Positions 43,830 through 57,100 of a stretch of 64,000 nucleotides of DNA are shown here, piece by piece. The DNA is taken from contig OZ116707.1 in assembly GCA_964199315.1 (NCBI GenBank), forward strand, positions 5,890,001 through 5,954,000, read 5' to 3'. A program made the position numbers and the translations under genes. The DNA is from Orbicella franksi. Lineage: Eukaryota. Numbering within the stretch: position 1 is the stretch's first letter; each line of letters starts with the position of its first letter. The notes under the pieces are model-generated. The model had not been told where the DNA came from, made no database searches, and was given only the letters and a program-made list of their open reading frames with translations.

Positions 43830-44549
43830 ACTTTGATTTGAACAGCTACACGATGAATTACTTCTCAACTCAAGACTTGGGATTAATCTGACCATTGAAT
43901 CAGATGGTAACTTAATTTGGCAGGCTGCAGATGATTGTAGAGTTATTATCACAAAAATGCGGCCGATAGTTACTCGTGTGACAAATATCTGGATACATGA
44001 AAATGGACTTATCTCTGCAAAAATATTGAGAGAAGTAATAGTATGAAACAAGCTTCTGGAAGTTTCAGAATGTCAACAGGAATCATACAGCCAAGGCATG
44101 TATTTGTCTTCATAATCAATGACGCCTCAATAGAAGATCAAACAGCTAATCCATTTCTGTGCAATACATTTTCTGTGAGTACAGATCCACTAACTCTTAC
44201 TTCATGTCATCTGGAATTCAGTAATGGTAATGAATACCCTGAACTTTATTATGATCCAAGCACAGAACCAGCCAGGGTATTCAGAGATGTTTTGAAATAC
44301 GTTTATGGAAACAATGATTACAATGGTGGAACACTGCTTAACAGAAGTAATTTTAGAATCATATCTCCACTTGTTTATTTCGATCTCACGAAACAAAAAA
44401 TGGACATCAAAGACAGAACAACCAAATTGACATTCAAATATAAATTAAGCGGTGCTACAACCACTGATTATTCCATTTATGCCATAAGACTATACGAGCA
44501 AGATGTTGAACTGAAAAAGATTGATGATAAAATAATACTCAGAACATAA
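43830..44549 (+). pseudogene. Major capsid protein C-terminal half
   Basis: ESDGNLIWQAADDCRVIITK, PRHVFVF, DQTANPF, NGNEYP, LVYFDLTKQ; assignment rests on recalled motif pattern and position. Confidence 0.65.
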
Positions 44550-44649
44550 ATTAAATTCATCAATCGCATATATTTTTTGATACGATAATTTTATATCACG
44601 TATATTATATAGAATTAATGACAAAGTATTATCCTGGCAAAAGCTTTGC

Positions 44650-45294
44650 GTGATAATTGATAATTCAGCAATAACCATCAGACTCACACATAATGAGTTA
44701 ACTGGTCCAGAAGAAATGATGTTGACAAAGAGTCAGATAAATAAACTAAGGAAGGCAATGTCAATGGGTAAAGGATCAGACATCAAGATTTCAAAGACAC
44801 AAATAAGAAAAGCTGTTCAACACGGAGGGAGCCTTTGGTCATTTCTTTTCTCTGTTGGGACTAGATTACTGCCGAAAGTAGTACCGATGGGAACAAAGGC
44901 GCTTTCTGGACTTGCAACTGGTACACTAAGCTCTCTTGGTGGTTTAGCTACTGATAAAATATTTGGCAAAAAGGACAGACTGATGGATTTTTAGTTCCAC
45001 AAAATAAAATTGATCAATTGATAAAATACAAAACATCTTTTGTCATCTGGTCAAAAACAGCAAATTGTTAACACCTTACAAACAGGTTCTGGTTTTGTTG
45101 TTAGACCAACTAAAACACAAGAAGGAGGTTTTCTTGGTATGCTTTTGGCAAGTATTGGTGTACCATTGCTTCTGAATGCATTAACTGGTAAAGGACTGGA
45201 GGTTGACAGACATCATCCAAGGAGATCATTAAAAAAAAGGAGGAAAACATATGCCATTGATGCCGTATATGCAACCACCACCCTTCATTGGTAA
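44650..45294 (+). pseudogene. Core protein precursor with repeated Gly-Gly protease-site motifs
   Basis: LTKSQINKL..MGKG..VQHGGSL, QTGSG, QEGGFLGMLLASIG, LTGKG. Confidence 0.65.
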
Positions 45295-45399
45295 CTGGCC
45301 AAGTGATACTATTGGTATGGGAGTTTAAAAAAAAAGGACAGGGGTTGCTACTGGGAAACAGCCCTTTCAATTCAATACGTTTGATCGGAGCAATACTGT

Positions 45400-45856
45400 A
45401 AAATTCATAAACAAACCATTATCTAATTTTGATTTGTTGAACTATGTCAAACATCTTGGCATAAAATATTTCAGAGGTATTTTCAGCTGTGATAATTTGC
45501 CAAATAAAATATCAAAAGAATGTGGAATTGTCAATCTGGACAGTAATATTGGACCAGGTACTCATTGGGTATGTTCCTGGAATATTGGTAAGTATTGTTA
45601 ATATTTTGATAGTTTCAGTTTTAAGATACCAAAAGATATCCAGAGATACATGTCAACAAGTGAAAAACAAATTGTATACTCTGGTGATGAAATTCAAGAG
45701 TGTGACAGTGTTTTATGCAGTTATTGGGTTTTGTACCATCTGTTGGAGAGACAAAGAGGAAGCTCAATTTTGAAAACCATACATAATGTTGACTTCAACA
45801 TGGCAGATCAAAGTGTTAATCACAGATTCATAATCAATTATTTCAAAAATATGTAA
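45400..45856 (+). pseudogene. Adenain-like protease
   Basis: PLSNFDL..GIVNLDS..GTHWV (H), YFDSF (D), EIQE (Q), VLCSYW (C); one stop. Confidence 0.85.
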
Positions 45857-45869
45857 CATATATTATATA

Positions 45870-46551
45870 TGAAGTCCTATTGTGTGAAACAAAAAAGGTT
45901 GCTGATTGTGGTCCAGGAAGTGAACATTATGGAAAGGCCAAAAATGACAGAACAACGTTAAAATGCACTTGTGCTGAATGTGGAATAACCAAATCTAAAT
46001 TTGTTAAACAAACTGGAGGAAGATTATTCGAGACACATGATCTTTCTGAATACTTGGCAGAACAAGTAGCTCATGCTAGTAAGAACTTAAACTAAGTAGC
46101 CCGTCGAAGGGGTGGGCATATTGAGTTCTGTAGTAGACACTGGAGCTGAATTATTCATTAGTAAAGGAGTACCTTATCTAGCCAATTTATGAGAGATCCG
46201 AAATTGCAAAAGAAAGTGATTGATTATGGTTTGAAGAAAGCAAAACCTGTAATCTGTAAAGTTGGATCTGAAGCACTTGATCAATTGTCTACTTAAGTGA
46301 GACCTAATTACAAATACAAAACTGACAGAATCGATTTAGATCATGAAGTTTGGTCTGGTAAAGGATTAGATATTCAAAAGCATTTATCAAAATTAGGTGA
46401 AATTCATATGAGAACTCCAAGTGGCAAGAAATGCAATTATTGCGGCCCCGGAACAAAATTAGAAGAACGATTAGCATCAAATGATTCAAGTTACAGAGAT
46501 CCAATAAACAATCCTGGTCTTGGTTTTCCAAAAAAAGGAAAAAGCTGTTGA
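45870..46551 (+). pseudogene. Small Cys-rich protein plus truncated parvovirus-type phospholipase A2 domain
   Basis: MKSYC..LKCTCAECGITKSKFVK; WSGKG; NYCGPGTKLEERL..PINN (Ca-binding loop present, HD catalytic motif deleted). Confidence 0.7.
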
Positions 46552-47080
46552 GTGAAGAAGAAAACTGGCAAGAAAAATTAGCTGATGAATTACATAAACC
46601 CGTAAAGCGTAACTTTACTCAATGGCGTGTAATTGTTAATCATATTGATGAAATATGGTGTTCTGATTTAGTTGAAATGCAACAATTCAGTAAATGGAAT
46701 AAAGGCTATAGATATCTTCTCATGGTTTTAGACATGTTCAGTGAATATGGTTGGATTATTCCATTGAAGGATAAAAAAGGTGAAACTGTGGCAAAAGCTC
46801 TTCAAGAAATATTCAAAGAAGGAAGAAAACCGGAGTACCTCTGGACTGATAAAGGTAAAGAATATTATAACAAACATTTGAAAGATTTATTTCAAAAGCA
46901 TAACATAACACTGTATTCCACTGAGAATGAAGAAAAGTTATCTGTTTGTGAGAGATGGAACAGAACAATAAAACCAAAATGTGGAAGCAGTTCACTGTTC
47001 AAGGTAATACACAGTATTAAGACATATTACCTGAAATATTAAAACAGTACAACAACACTAAACACGGTTCAATAATCAAA
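46548..47080 (+). pseudogene. Polinton integrase, N-terminal part
   Basis: LADELHKP, WCSDL, LWTDKGKEY, VCERWNRTIK; breaks at ..GSIIK. Confidence 0.9.
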
Positions 47081-47644
47081 GGCTCCTGTATGCAGCTCAT
47101 GGATGAATGTTTCCTTTTGCCTCTGTTTCAAAACGAGTTTTCATGCGAATCCTTGCGCATAAGAATGAGTTAATGAATCTGTAGGCAGAAGTGAATGGTT
47201 TTGCACCTAGACTCGTTTCGACACAAAGGCAAAAGGCAACTCAGAAATGGCCTATTGGATGAATGTAGAAAACTTGGTTGAATTTAAAGAGAAGAGGAAT
47301 TGATCATTGTAGAGTTGTTCTTGGTACTGCAGTGGAAAACAAGCAAAGAAACATCAGTTGGTCAAATTTGATGGATAGATTTGATGTTCAAATAAGGTTG
47401 TTTATAGACACCCTTTAGGTGGTTGAATTTGTTTTCTGGTAAAATCGTTTTGTAAACTACGTCATCCATGAGCAAAAATGAAGAGAGCAGCTATGCGTCT
47501 GTGCTGGAGTCAGCAGAATAAGATAGCAGAGGCAGGACTTGAGCTGTTTCACATGACATGTATCTTGTCAAACAATTTACAGTATATTAAAATATCTCTT
47601 GTATTATTGATGACTTTTGGTATTTTTGTATTCTTAATATTTAG

Positions 47645-47974
47645 TTGTATGACTGGGTGCAGTTCATGAAGTCTTCTGGGTCTCTTCCTGCTGACATGTT
47701 GCTCACTGTTGGAGAAAATGCTGAACCCTTCATAGGAGAGAGAGTGCAGTATCTACCCACCTACAATGAAGTGGAAGCCATGGAAACCTACTACAACATC
47801 ACAGTACCAATTGATGAAACAGGGCCCCTAAAACATAAATTCCTCTCTCATAATAAATCACTGCGACCAGGGGGAAAGTGCTGGATATGGAGATCTCAGC
47901 TCGTTGAGAAAGATGAGCACACAGTTTTTTCCATTGTTAGGGTCAAAACAGGGGAGCAGAGCAGAAGTTTCTAA
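47645..47974 (+). other. Exon-like ORF fragment of unknown identity
   Basis: Preceded by a TTTAG acceptor-like site; protein-like composition; no family recognised. Confidence 0.3.
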
Positions 47975-48194
47975 CTGTCAATATAATGAAAGACAACTCA
48001 ATTGATGATGACAGTGGGCTTTGTGTGGTTCACAGTGAGGCTATTTTTGAGCAGGTAACTGTTCCTTTTCTTGCAGAATATGTCACAAAGCCTCTTTTAA
48101 CTGCAAGAGACAGGGGGGAATTGTGAGTTCTAAACTAGGTTAAACAACCTGAAATTGTGTTTCAGATGTCCAGCGAATAACTGTATGATATTTA

Positions 48195-48570
48195 GAATTT
48201 GCCTTTTTGCATGTTTTGGTCCAATCTAACAGATTTTTAGTCCAGTGTTAGTAGATATTTGTCCAGTTTTAAAGATTTTAGGATAGTTTTACATATTTTG
48301 GGCCAAAGATATTTTTTGAATTTGCCTTTTTGCATGTTTTGTTCCAATCTAACAGATTTTTGGTCCAGTGTTAAAGATTTTAGAATAGTTTTGCATATTT
48401 TGGGAGAAAAAGATTTTTGAATTTGCATTTTTTGCATGTTTTGGTCCAATCTAACAGATTTTTAGTCTGGTGTTTGTAGATTTTGGTCCAGTTTAAAGAT
48501 TTTGGGATAGTTTTGCATAGTATACATGTATTTTGGGCCAAAAATATTTTTGAGCCAGTGTGCTAGATAT
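48195..48570. repeat. ~100-120-bp tandem repeat, about three and a half units
   Basis: GAATTTGCNTTTTTGCATGTTTTG(G)TCCAATCTAACAGATTTTT recurs at ~48196, 48317 and 48420. Confidence 0.85.
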
Positions 48571-49369
48571 CTTGGCCTACTGCTTTTTAAAGTAATTACA
48601 TAAAGTAATATTAGTATTATTTGGTACTCTAAAACTTTCATCGGTGCTACTAATCATACTTAATGTGTGAGTCTAGATCTGTTGTGGAATTAAACATTTT
48701 ACATTTTGCATTTTGAAATTAAAATTTCACATGTGGATTTTGTCTTTATGTCATTTCAGATCTATTTCACATGCTTGTGATGAGTTATTTCCATTTCATG
48801 CTAATAATTTATATGGCTGGGTGATGTCACATTTTTTATTACACATCACACAAGAATTTTATTCCATAAGGCTCATTTGTAGAAATCTATATGCTTTATT
48901 GTCACAGAATGGTGTACAGCTCTTTCACATATCAAAGTACAACCAATCAACGATAGCGTAAAGGCCTTTCCGAGCCAATCACAATTGTGTGTCATTTACA
49001 TTCAAATAGCTTTCCAGATTTGGCGGCTTTTTAGCAATGCCTCCTCCAAATTTTTCCTGTGAAAATGGCAAAGGTGGAGGAAAGCTCTAAATTTGAGTTG
49101 GTTGGTTGCTCCCTAAATTCTGCAGCTAGAAATCTTGGCATGTGCTTCGCTGCAATTAAAAAAATTGTGATAAATTACCTGGTCATAGTACTGCTTTTGC
49201 ATGAAAAGACTGTTGTAGATATAAATTTGAGTATATGACAAAAGAGCAATATCTTGATCAAATCAGGAAAAATGCAAAAAATAAAATTGATAAACCAACC
49301 ATCAATAGTCAGGATGCTTAAACATCTTGGCTATCAAAAAATGACAAAAACAGATGTAATATAGATTAT

Positions 49370-49951
49370 ATTATTTTTACCACATGTGAGTAATACGGCA
49401 ATATATAGGTCATCACTATATCCTTTCCACTTAACTAAAGCTGTTTTTTTCTTATGATCTTTCCTGATGATTTTTTCAATTTTGAATATATCCTGTTTGG
49501 CTTTTAATGATTCGGGTTCAAGAAAACTCCCTTTTATCTCTTCGTTATTGAGATCTTTTATTTTATAAGTGATTGGATTCGTATATTAGATCTTAACAAT
49601 TGCACATACTTCTTCAGTCCAATTTGGGATATATCCTTTATCAAATACTTTCTCTTGTACTTACATATTCTAACTTTATCTGGGTTTAATGAATAAATTA
49701 ATCAGAATTGAGTGAGTGAGTGAGTGCCATTGGACTGCCTACTAAGCTCATGGATGACGTAAACCACGTCATCCACGAGCAAAAATGACACCAACAGAAG
49801 TTCCTAACTTTATCACTAACTTTAAACTTTGGTTTTGATGATGATTGTTCTGTGTCACCATAGAGATTAAAATATACAATTCCTTCATTCTTCTTTTTAC
49901 TGGCTTCTGTAAAAAGAAGAATGAAGGAATTGTATATTTTAATCTCTATGG
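49370..49951. pseudogene. Rearranged C-terminal fragments of the second integrase (with chromodomain)
   Basis: Minus strand: DKVRICKYKRKVFDKGYIPNWTEE..FKIEKII..VKWKGY (49370-49690) and EASKKKNEGIVYFNLYGD..KPKFKV (49800-49908); plus strand: KMTPTE at 49782-49800. Confidence 0.8.
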
Positions 49952-51249
49952 ACATGATGTGACAAAAGAGCAATACCTCGATCAAATCATGAAAAATGCA
50001 AAAAATAAAATTGATAAACCAATCATCAATAGTCAGGATGCTTAAACATCTTGAGTATCAAAAAATGACAAAAACTGATTAATTTATTCATTAAAACCAG
50101 ATTGAACATTTTTCTCCTACCTCCCCTGCTAAGTATTGTTTTTGTCTCGAGGACTTCTGGGCATATGTTTGACTGGTTTTATAGGGGTACTAGAAAGACA
50201 TGAATTTTTGTCCAACAACACAGCGTAACACAGCACGGAGGTCAAAGATGTTTTTTTGTTTGATTTGTAAACAGGGACTCCTTCGTGGGTTGAAAAATGG
50301 AAAGTTTTCACACTTAGGAACACTTGCTACGACAAATCGACAATGAAATCTTGTAAGCGACGATCCTTGCATCGAAATCTTGAAAGCTACAATGTCTATC
50401 GACTGTGGTCCATGGACAAATCGACGGAATCGTTTAAAAATGTTTTAATGTCACCTGGACGAGGAATGAAATAAATGCCATATTATATAGAAGCTAAGGT
50501 AAGCCTTCTTGTTGTATCATTTTTTTCTTTATAAACTATGTCTATGAGAGCACTTTTGCGTACTAGTAATTAGATTCTTTTGTTTGGAAACTGCTTGATC
50601 CCGAAATTAGTCATCTGACAAAGCACATGGTTTTCTAAACAGCTGACATTCACCATTTTGTGTCATTTTTAGATGTTGTCTTTACAGAGTTGATTTGAGT
50701 CTGTCGGCGATTTGTATTATCGATCAGTATTATGGATGTAGTTTGCACTGGAAATGCTGATAACAAGTCTCTCGTGTATATACTCAGCCTCGTGTAGTTT
50801 TGAAGAAGCTTACGTTGAGTTCAAAATAAAGGTTTAGTGAGAAAGTTAAATGTGAAATGAGCAGACTAAGAACACAAGCAAGCCTTGTACCTTTGCCAGT
50901 GTTACAGACCAACAATTCATCTCAGACAAAAACAGTCTTGTCTCAGAATGTTGGATCTCTCCACCTCTGGCTCCACCTCCACATATAGATGATGTGCGAA
51001 GTGATTACAACATTTAAAAAGCTGATGTCAACATTTTTGTTGAATCAAAACTTTGCTTGTCAGATAGAGATGATGCATATCAGCTTCGGGAATTTACGCT
51101 TTGCAGAAATTACTTTAGTCAGTCTGACATAAGAACTTACTATGGAACTGCTGTGTACCTTTTAATGTTTTGAACTGTTTTGAATTACAATTTCAAAGTT
51201 AATTCATGCTCTCACTCATCTCCACAACTCAGTATTAATAAAACCTACA

Positions 51250-51420
51250 ATTTCAATTGTACTGCGTGGGGATTTCAATATTGATCACATGCAGGCAAAT
51301 ACAGAACAAAAGGATCTAATGAAATATCTTATAACAGACAAAGGATACACTCAGTTGATTAACCAGTATACTACTGACTACCGTACACAGATAGATGATG
51401 CTAGATCATGTACCACAAAT
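51250..51420 (+). pseudogene. APE-type endonuclease fragment (Helitron/Helentron- or LINE-derived)
   Basis: GDFNID..GYTQLINQYTTDYRTQID motif order. Confidence 0.55.
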
Positions 51421-52366
51421 TATGTGCACAACCAGCAGGTGATCATTTATATAAATTTCCACGAGAGCTGTTTGAATATCTGTTAAAAACAATTCTCTAT
51501 GTATATCATATGAGATCATTAGAATTGATTTAGCTGAAGGTTAAACTTTACATACCAAATACGTATCTAAATGTCAGAACATTTATTGACAGAAATAAAG
51601 AATGGTTTGAATTTCCTGTGCTTTTCATGTTCCTAAATCCCTAGTCCTCAAAGGGATTCAAAATTACATGTAACTCTACCAGGATTTGGAGATGCCGTAT
51701 ATAAGAATAAATTTTTCAGGTTAAAGGAATTCTTTTAGCTCCAATATTTCTTAAAGGAAAGCATGCCATTTATAACTGGCATTTTCATTCTTAAACCCTT
51801 TCCAGAAAAACAAGAAATATCACTTGGATACCACATTTAGGTAAGTAGCCTATTTTTCTTGGGGCTGGGTACAGGGGGAGGGGAAAGGGCAGCAAATTAG
51901 AGATATACTACATGTGTAATTTTTCTGCATTCATTTTTATATGCTTTTAAAATATGACGATTATCTTTATTGTGTATTGCAGGTGAAACAAGTTGAACTA
52001 TTGTGCACACAGCTGTATGCAAATAACCCGGAAGAACACTGTGGTAACAACTATGGTATACTATGATATGCAAGTGACAGTAAGAAAATGTTAATATTAA
52101 CTACACCATTACTGATGCTATACTATTTATCAGCTGCCAAAAATAATAGCAAAAGACTTCATAGAAACCAGCTTAAACAGCACAAGTCACCCTTACGACT
52201 TCATGGAATTAATCTGAGAATTACAGATGGATGTGGAATACTCCTACTTAGGAAGAGAATAAAATGGTTTCAACACCTTTTTTAGCTTCCACTTCAGCTG
52301 TCGAAACTCACTCTTTGCAAAAAAACATTGGTTACAAGCACATAAAATGCCTCTCCAAACTGCACA

Positions 52367-52536
52367 CCGTAAATCCTCGAATTAGCGCCTGGGGCACTTA
52401 TTTCAAATTTAGGACAGGATGAGGGGGTGCTTATTTGAGGGGGGGGGGGCTTGACCAAGGGGGGCACTTATTCAAGGGGGGCACTTATTCAAGGGGGGCA
52501 CTTATTCAAGGGGAGTGCTAATTTGAGGATTTACAG
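52367..52536. mobile_element. MITE of the same family as 41319-41657
   Basis: CCGTAAATCCTCGAATTAGCGCC / GTGCTAATTTGAGGATTTACAG ends; internal tandem GGGGCACTTATTCAAG copies. Confidence 0.75.
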
Positions 52537-53949
52537 TATAATTACAGAGTTGGAAACACTTAAAGTTAAGAATGTTGACATGTGAAATCTACCTCAACTC
52601 ACTACATGTGTCAAAACTTGACTCAGAACCTACAGCTTTACAGTGGAATACAGAAATACAACTTCAACTTAAAATTAGGAGCTCCATATCATGTTCATAT
52701 ACATGAACATATACATGTAGAGAAACATTAGTCCTTTGTATTAGGACTACAATTAAAGGAAAACACTAGACTCCAGTGTAAAGGAACACAAAAATAGAAT
52801 GTGTTAATCTCTCTTTATTAATTAAATACAAATCTTGCTATGTTTATTTGAAGTATAAGCTATCCTAACTGTTTCAGCTTATACCTGTTGAATTTTCATT
52901 CAATTCTAAAATGACGGTAATATCATGCTGTACTTCTACTACATGTGTCCTGCCGCTGTAAAGATTGTTATTTATAACTCAGCCAAAAAAATGTATAATC
53001 TTATCTGCATTTATAAGAGACTGTTGGCTACGATGTCTTCTCCTCTTAGCCTTCATGTGTTACATTATGGTAGTCGGTATTTCAGTGGACTTAAAAATAA
53101 AGAAAATATTCCTAATAAAAGCAGTGTTCAACTTGATTTTTGTCGTTGTACTCTAGCTGTTGAGATCCATTTCAAACATGTAATAAATAATTATTTATTA
53201 TGAAACAATTTTACCAAAGAACAAATTCAACCACCTAAAGGGTGTCAATAAACAACCATATTTGGACATCAGAACCCATGCATCACATTTGACCAACTGA
53301 TGTTTCTTTTCCTGTTTTCCACTGCAGTACCAAGAACAATTCTACAATGATCAATTCCTCTTCTCTTTTTATTCAACTACGTTTTCTACATTCATCCAAT
53401 AGGCCATTTCCGAGTTGCATTTTGCCTCTATGTCAAAACGAGTCTAAGTACAAAACCATTCATATGACTTCCGCCTACAGGTTTATTAACTTATTTTTAA
53501 GTGAAAGGTTTCGCACGAAGACTCATTTTGAAACAGAGGCAAAAGGAAACATTTATCCATGAGCTGCTCACAGGAGCCTTTGATTGTGATAAGCTATATC
53601 ACTAGTGAGATGTAAAACCAAACGATTTCAAAGAGACCTTATTCTAGTGGTGTGCCTTCATGTGCACTGCACTGCTTGTATTAATAATATTAATAACTTA
53701 AACATTTTTACACTATTCAAATCATACTATTATATCCAAATGTACTTAATAATTTTACATTTTAAATGTACTTTATCATTATCTCAAAATTGTAAGGTGC
53801 AGCCCACGGAAACAATGTGTATATTTTCTAATCTTTTCAATTATACTGTTGTTAGTCAGTATGCAATACACTTTAAGGCACAATCTGCAAATAAAGCATT
53901 ATTGTTTTACCTGTCAAATTTAATGAAAAGACAAAAGGAATATATCTTT

Positions 53950-56900
53950 CTACATGACAAAAACGTTTACATATAACTATTCAGTTTGTCAGTGCGTTGT
54001 TCAAGGCAGCTGTGACAAGTAAGGGGCAGCTAGGCAGCATACCAGAAAGTAGACCATAATAACCGGTGACATGTAATCAAGTAACCGGCAGAAATCCGGC
54101 ACTGGGCTTCCAACCATAGCCTTGTGGTACACAGACAGTTAAGGCCCGCTTGTCAACACACCTCATCTCCTCTTTGGACATACGAAATGGTGCATTGGGA
54201 AGGACTTCTTCCTTTTTTTTTCGTTTTGAACCACCTTTGGAAGTTGAAGCAACAGCATTTTCATCTGCAGTTTAAGCAATTACATTCAGAGTGTCAAATA
54301 ATAAATATGTATTCATATTTTGCTGTAACTAAGGAGGGTTTCTTGTGATTACAGTAGATGGGGGAACCAAAGCCATGAAAACAGTAATACACCATAATCA
54401 AGATCTTTCAAATTTATTAACTCCAAGAAAATTAGGTGAATACAGCCCTTTCACAGTCTTTGCACTCCCACCTTTTCTTTACACTCCTTTCCAGCAAGCA
54501 ATCTTTAACTAATGCTGCCATCTGCTAAAAGGTGCAGTGGTCAAATCAGACAAATTGCTTGGTAGATAATCAAGCCCCGACTGTAAAAAGCTAGAACTAA
54601 CATGTGCTGGTAGCATTTTAGCATGAAGACACCTTAAAAAAATGTTTCAGTTTTTACCATCTCTGACTTTCTTGCTATCCCCCTTCCCAGTTGTGAGGTT
54701 GAAAAATGTTACAATGACATTCTTCAGGTCGTGGTGCACCCTGTTATGGGTTGGAAGCAACATGAAACAGTTGACACCTTTGGAGCCTGTCACCTGGAGA
54801 TAATTAGAATACTGTTGTCAGTAAATTGTGGCTCTGCTTTAAACTTGTTCAATGTAAGTCCAATCTCAGGACACAAGCATAAAGAATGATGATCTTTGTT
54901 CAAACAATGTGTAGAACTATATTTAGCTATAAGCACTCTCGTGCACCAACCCAGCTTGCCATATAACTTTCCACTGCACCCCAGTATGTCCATATATTGA
55001 TAAATACAGTCATTTGCAAAAAGAGTGCTCTGGTAAGTTAGTGTCTTGTGTGGGAATGGACCTCAGGTCTCATTTCCTATCAGGCAACAACAGGATTAGC
55101 ACACTCAGCCACCAAAACTGCAAAACAAAAGGAGCGCCACAGCTCACTGGTGCAGCGTATGTCCTAACTTTCTATATATATCTCTCAGAGCAACTTTTTT
55201 GCAAATGACTATTTATATTTTTGTACAAGATTTCAAAAAAACATTTTACCTTCAAAACATTGCTTGCCTGAGTTTTGTGTTTGGCCCTACTGTGAGCTAC
55301 AGCACTCCAAAGGATGTCTTCATTGGTCAAGCAGTTTGGTCTTTCACGGGTTTCACATTCAACTCCAGGAAATCCTTTAGTTCTTCACAGTTCATGGCCT
55401 TCTAGCAAGAACCGCCTGTTTTCCAGATAGACAACCTTGTCAAGTGAGGTTACATGTTTCCCTAATAAGGAAACTATTAAATGTAATAATGTAGCATGTA
55501 GGTCTAACTTCACTGTGAATGTAAATTGAAACAACATACATGTAACAATGGAAAAATGAAACTATCCAGGGCTTGGAAATTGAGAATAACACATGCAAAG
55601 TTTAACACCTAGTATCAAAATTTTAGGTGCTGTCACCTAAAAAAACAATTGAAGGCATCACCAGAAAGCTAGAATTTTCAAGAAATAGACATAACTTTAC
55701 ACCTAAGTGAAAGATAGTGTGCATTGCAATCAAACTGCTTTAAAATTATGGTAAACAAACTATACATGGATATAAAAATGGACCATATTGTAAGTACAAG
55801 TTGTACATGTACCTCTTTTTTCACACCACATGCATCCCTGAAGGGCATTAGGCCCAGGAGCACTAAGAATGTTCATAAGTCCAGGGTAGTCCAGTACACA
55901 GTTAAAAATGTCAATCTTGAAGGTAAATTCAGCTGTCCGATAACAATCATAGAATGTTGCTTCTGACAAGTCCAGCAGTTCATCCACAACAATCTCTAGG
56001 TAAGGATCTAGTGATTTGGATTCCTTACCCTCTACTTGTGCAGGTACAATTCCAACCAACATTATGTTCTGGTAGGTGTGTCTGACCTGGGAGGTTTAAG
56101 ACACTGAACATTATTGGCCACATAGAATAATTTACTTTGTTTGAGTTGAAAGGGTTGACCCCATCAGTACAAAGTTGTAACAAAATCCCTCTCGGGTCTC
56201 CTTTGGAAAAACCATCTTCCGTAAAAGCCTTCTTCCATAAAGGAGAATCATGCACATTGTACATTGTGATATCAGGATCATTAGTAAAGATTGCATGGGC
56301 CTGAAGACATTGGGAGATGCTGCTTATGGCAAACATTCTCTTCAAACGAGGCCTAAGTCGATAATCGCTAAATGTCCATTTAGCAATTCTGCTAGTATTA
56401 AATCGGTTTTCTCCACAAATTGGGCATTCTTTTAACTTAGAGTGATCATACTGGCTTGTTTTCCTGAACACCACACATTCATTGATGCAAAAATCATATG
56501 AAATGTATGGCAAGAGGAATGGCTTAATCAGCTTAAATGCCTCATCATAGCATGATGGCAAGTTGTTAGGAGATGGAAGAATAAATTTCTGGTGCAACTG
56601 CACAGCTCAGTAATGGAGGTCTTGCTTGCACTGGGATGCTGAGAAAACCATGCCAAGTATCCTGCTAAAGCCTGAAGGACGGTCACAGAATTTTCATAGA
56701 GAGGTAACTTTGCAAAGTCACTGTTATACACATTTCCTTCACGATCATTTTCTGATTCCATATCTGTCAAACTACTGTCATCTGAATCACTGTAGACTAA
56801 CTGAACATCTGAATCCTCTGACTCGTCGATTTCATCACTCGATGGATCATCCTGTTCAACAACTGCATCATCTTCACAAATGTTGTCTGCTTAGCTGATC

Positions 56901-57100
56901 ACCCTCTCTGGCATTCTCTTCACCTCAACTGTTCCAGCTGTCTGTTTCAGAAGAACTTTCATCATGGTCACTATCTGTTGTGAGTTCATCACTCATTTCA
57001 TGGTCCACATTATGAGCAGAGGGTTCATATTTTCCAAACACCTTCAAATGCTGTCGAATTATGAACTCTGAACAAAACTTGCTTTCATCGAGCTGGCGAG
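53950..57100 (-). mobile_element. CACTA/EnSpm-type transposase gene remnant (intron-containing)
   Basis: Acidic N-terminus, DFCINEC..CPICGENRF, VHDSPLW, LCTDGVNPF..YSMWP..NLP, LDPYLEIVVDEL, DYPG..GCMWC; further exon-like pieces to ~54000. Termini not identified. Confidence 0.8.

Larger units (their letters stand above)
43830..47080 (+). mobile_element. Second Polinton/adintovirus remnant, different lineage and gene order
   Basis: MCP C-half, GG-motif core protein, adenain, Zn-ribbon/PLA2 region and integrase in series; AT-rich, unlike the first element. Confidence 0.85.
47074..53585. repeat. Long inverted repeat pair (47074-47450 and 53203-53585)
   Basis: ~380-bp arms alignable by eye end to end, with scattered substitutions; each includes a short AATAGGCC-type MITE portion plus flanking sequence. 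Confidence 0.8.
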
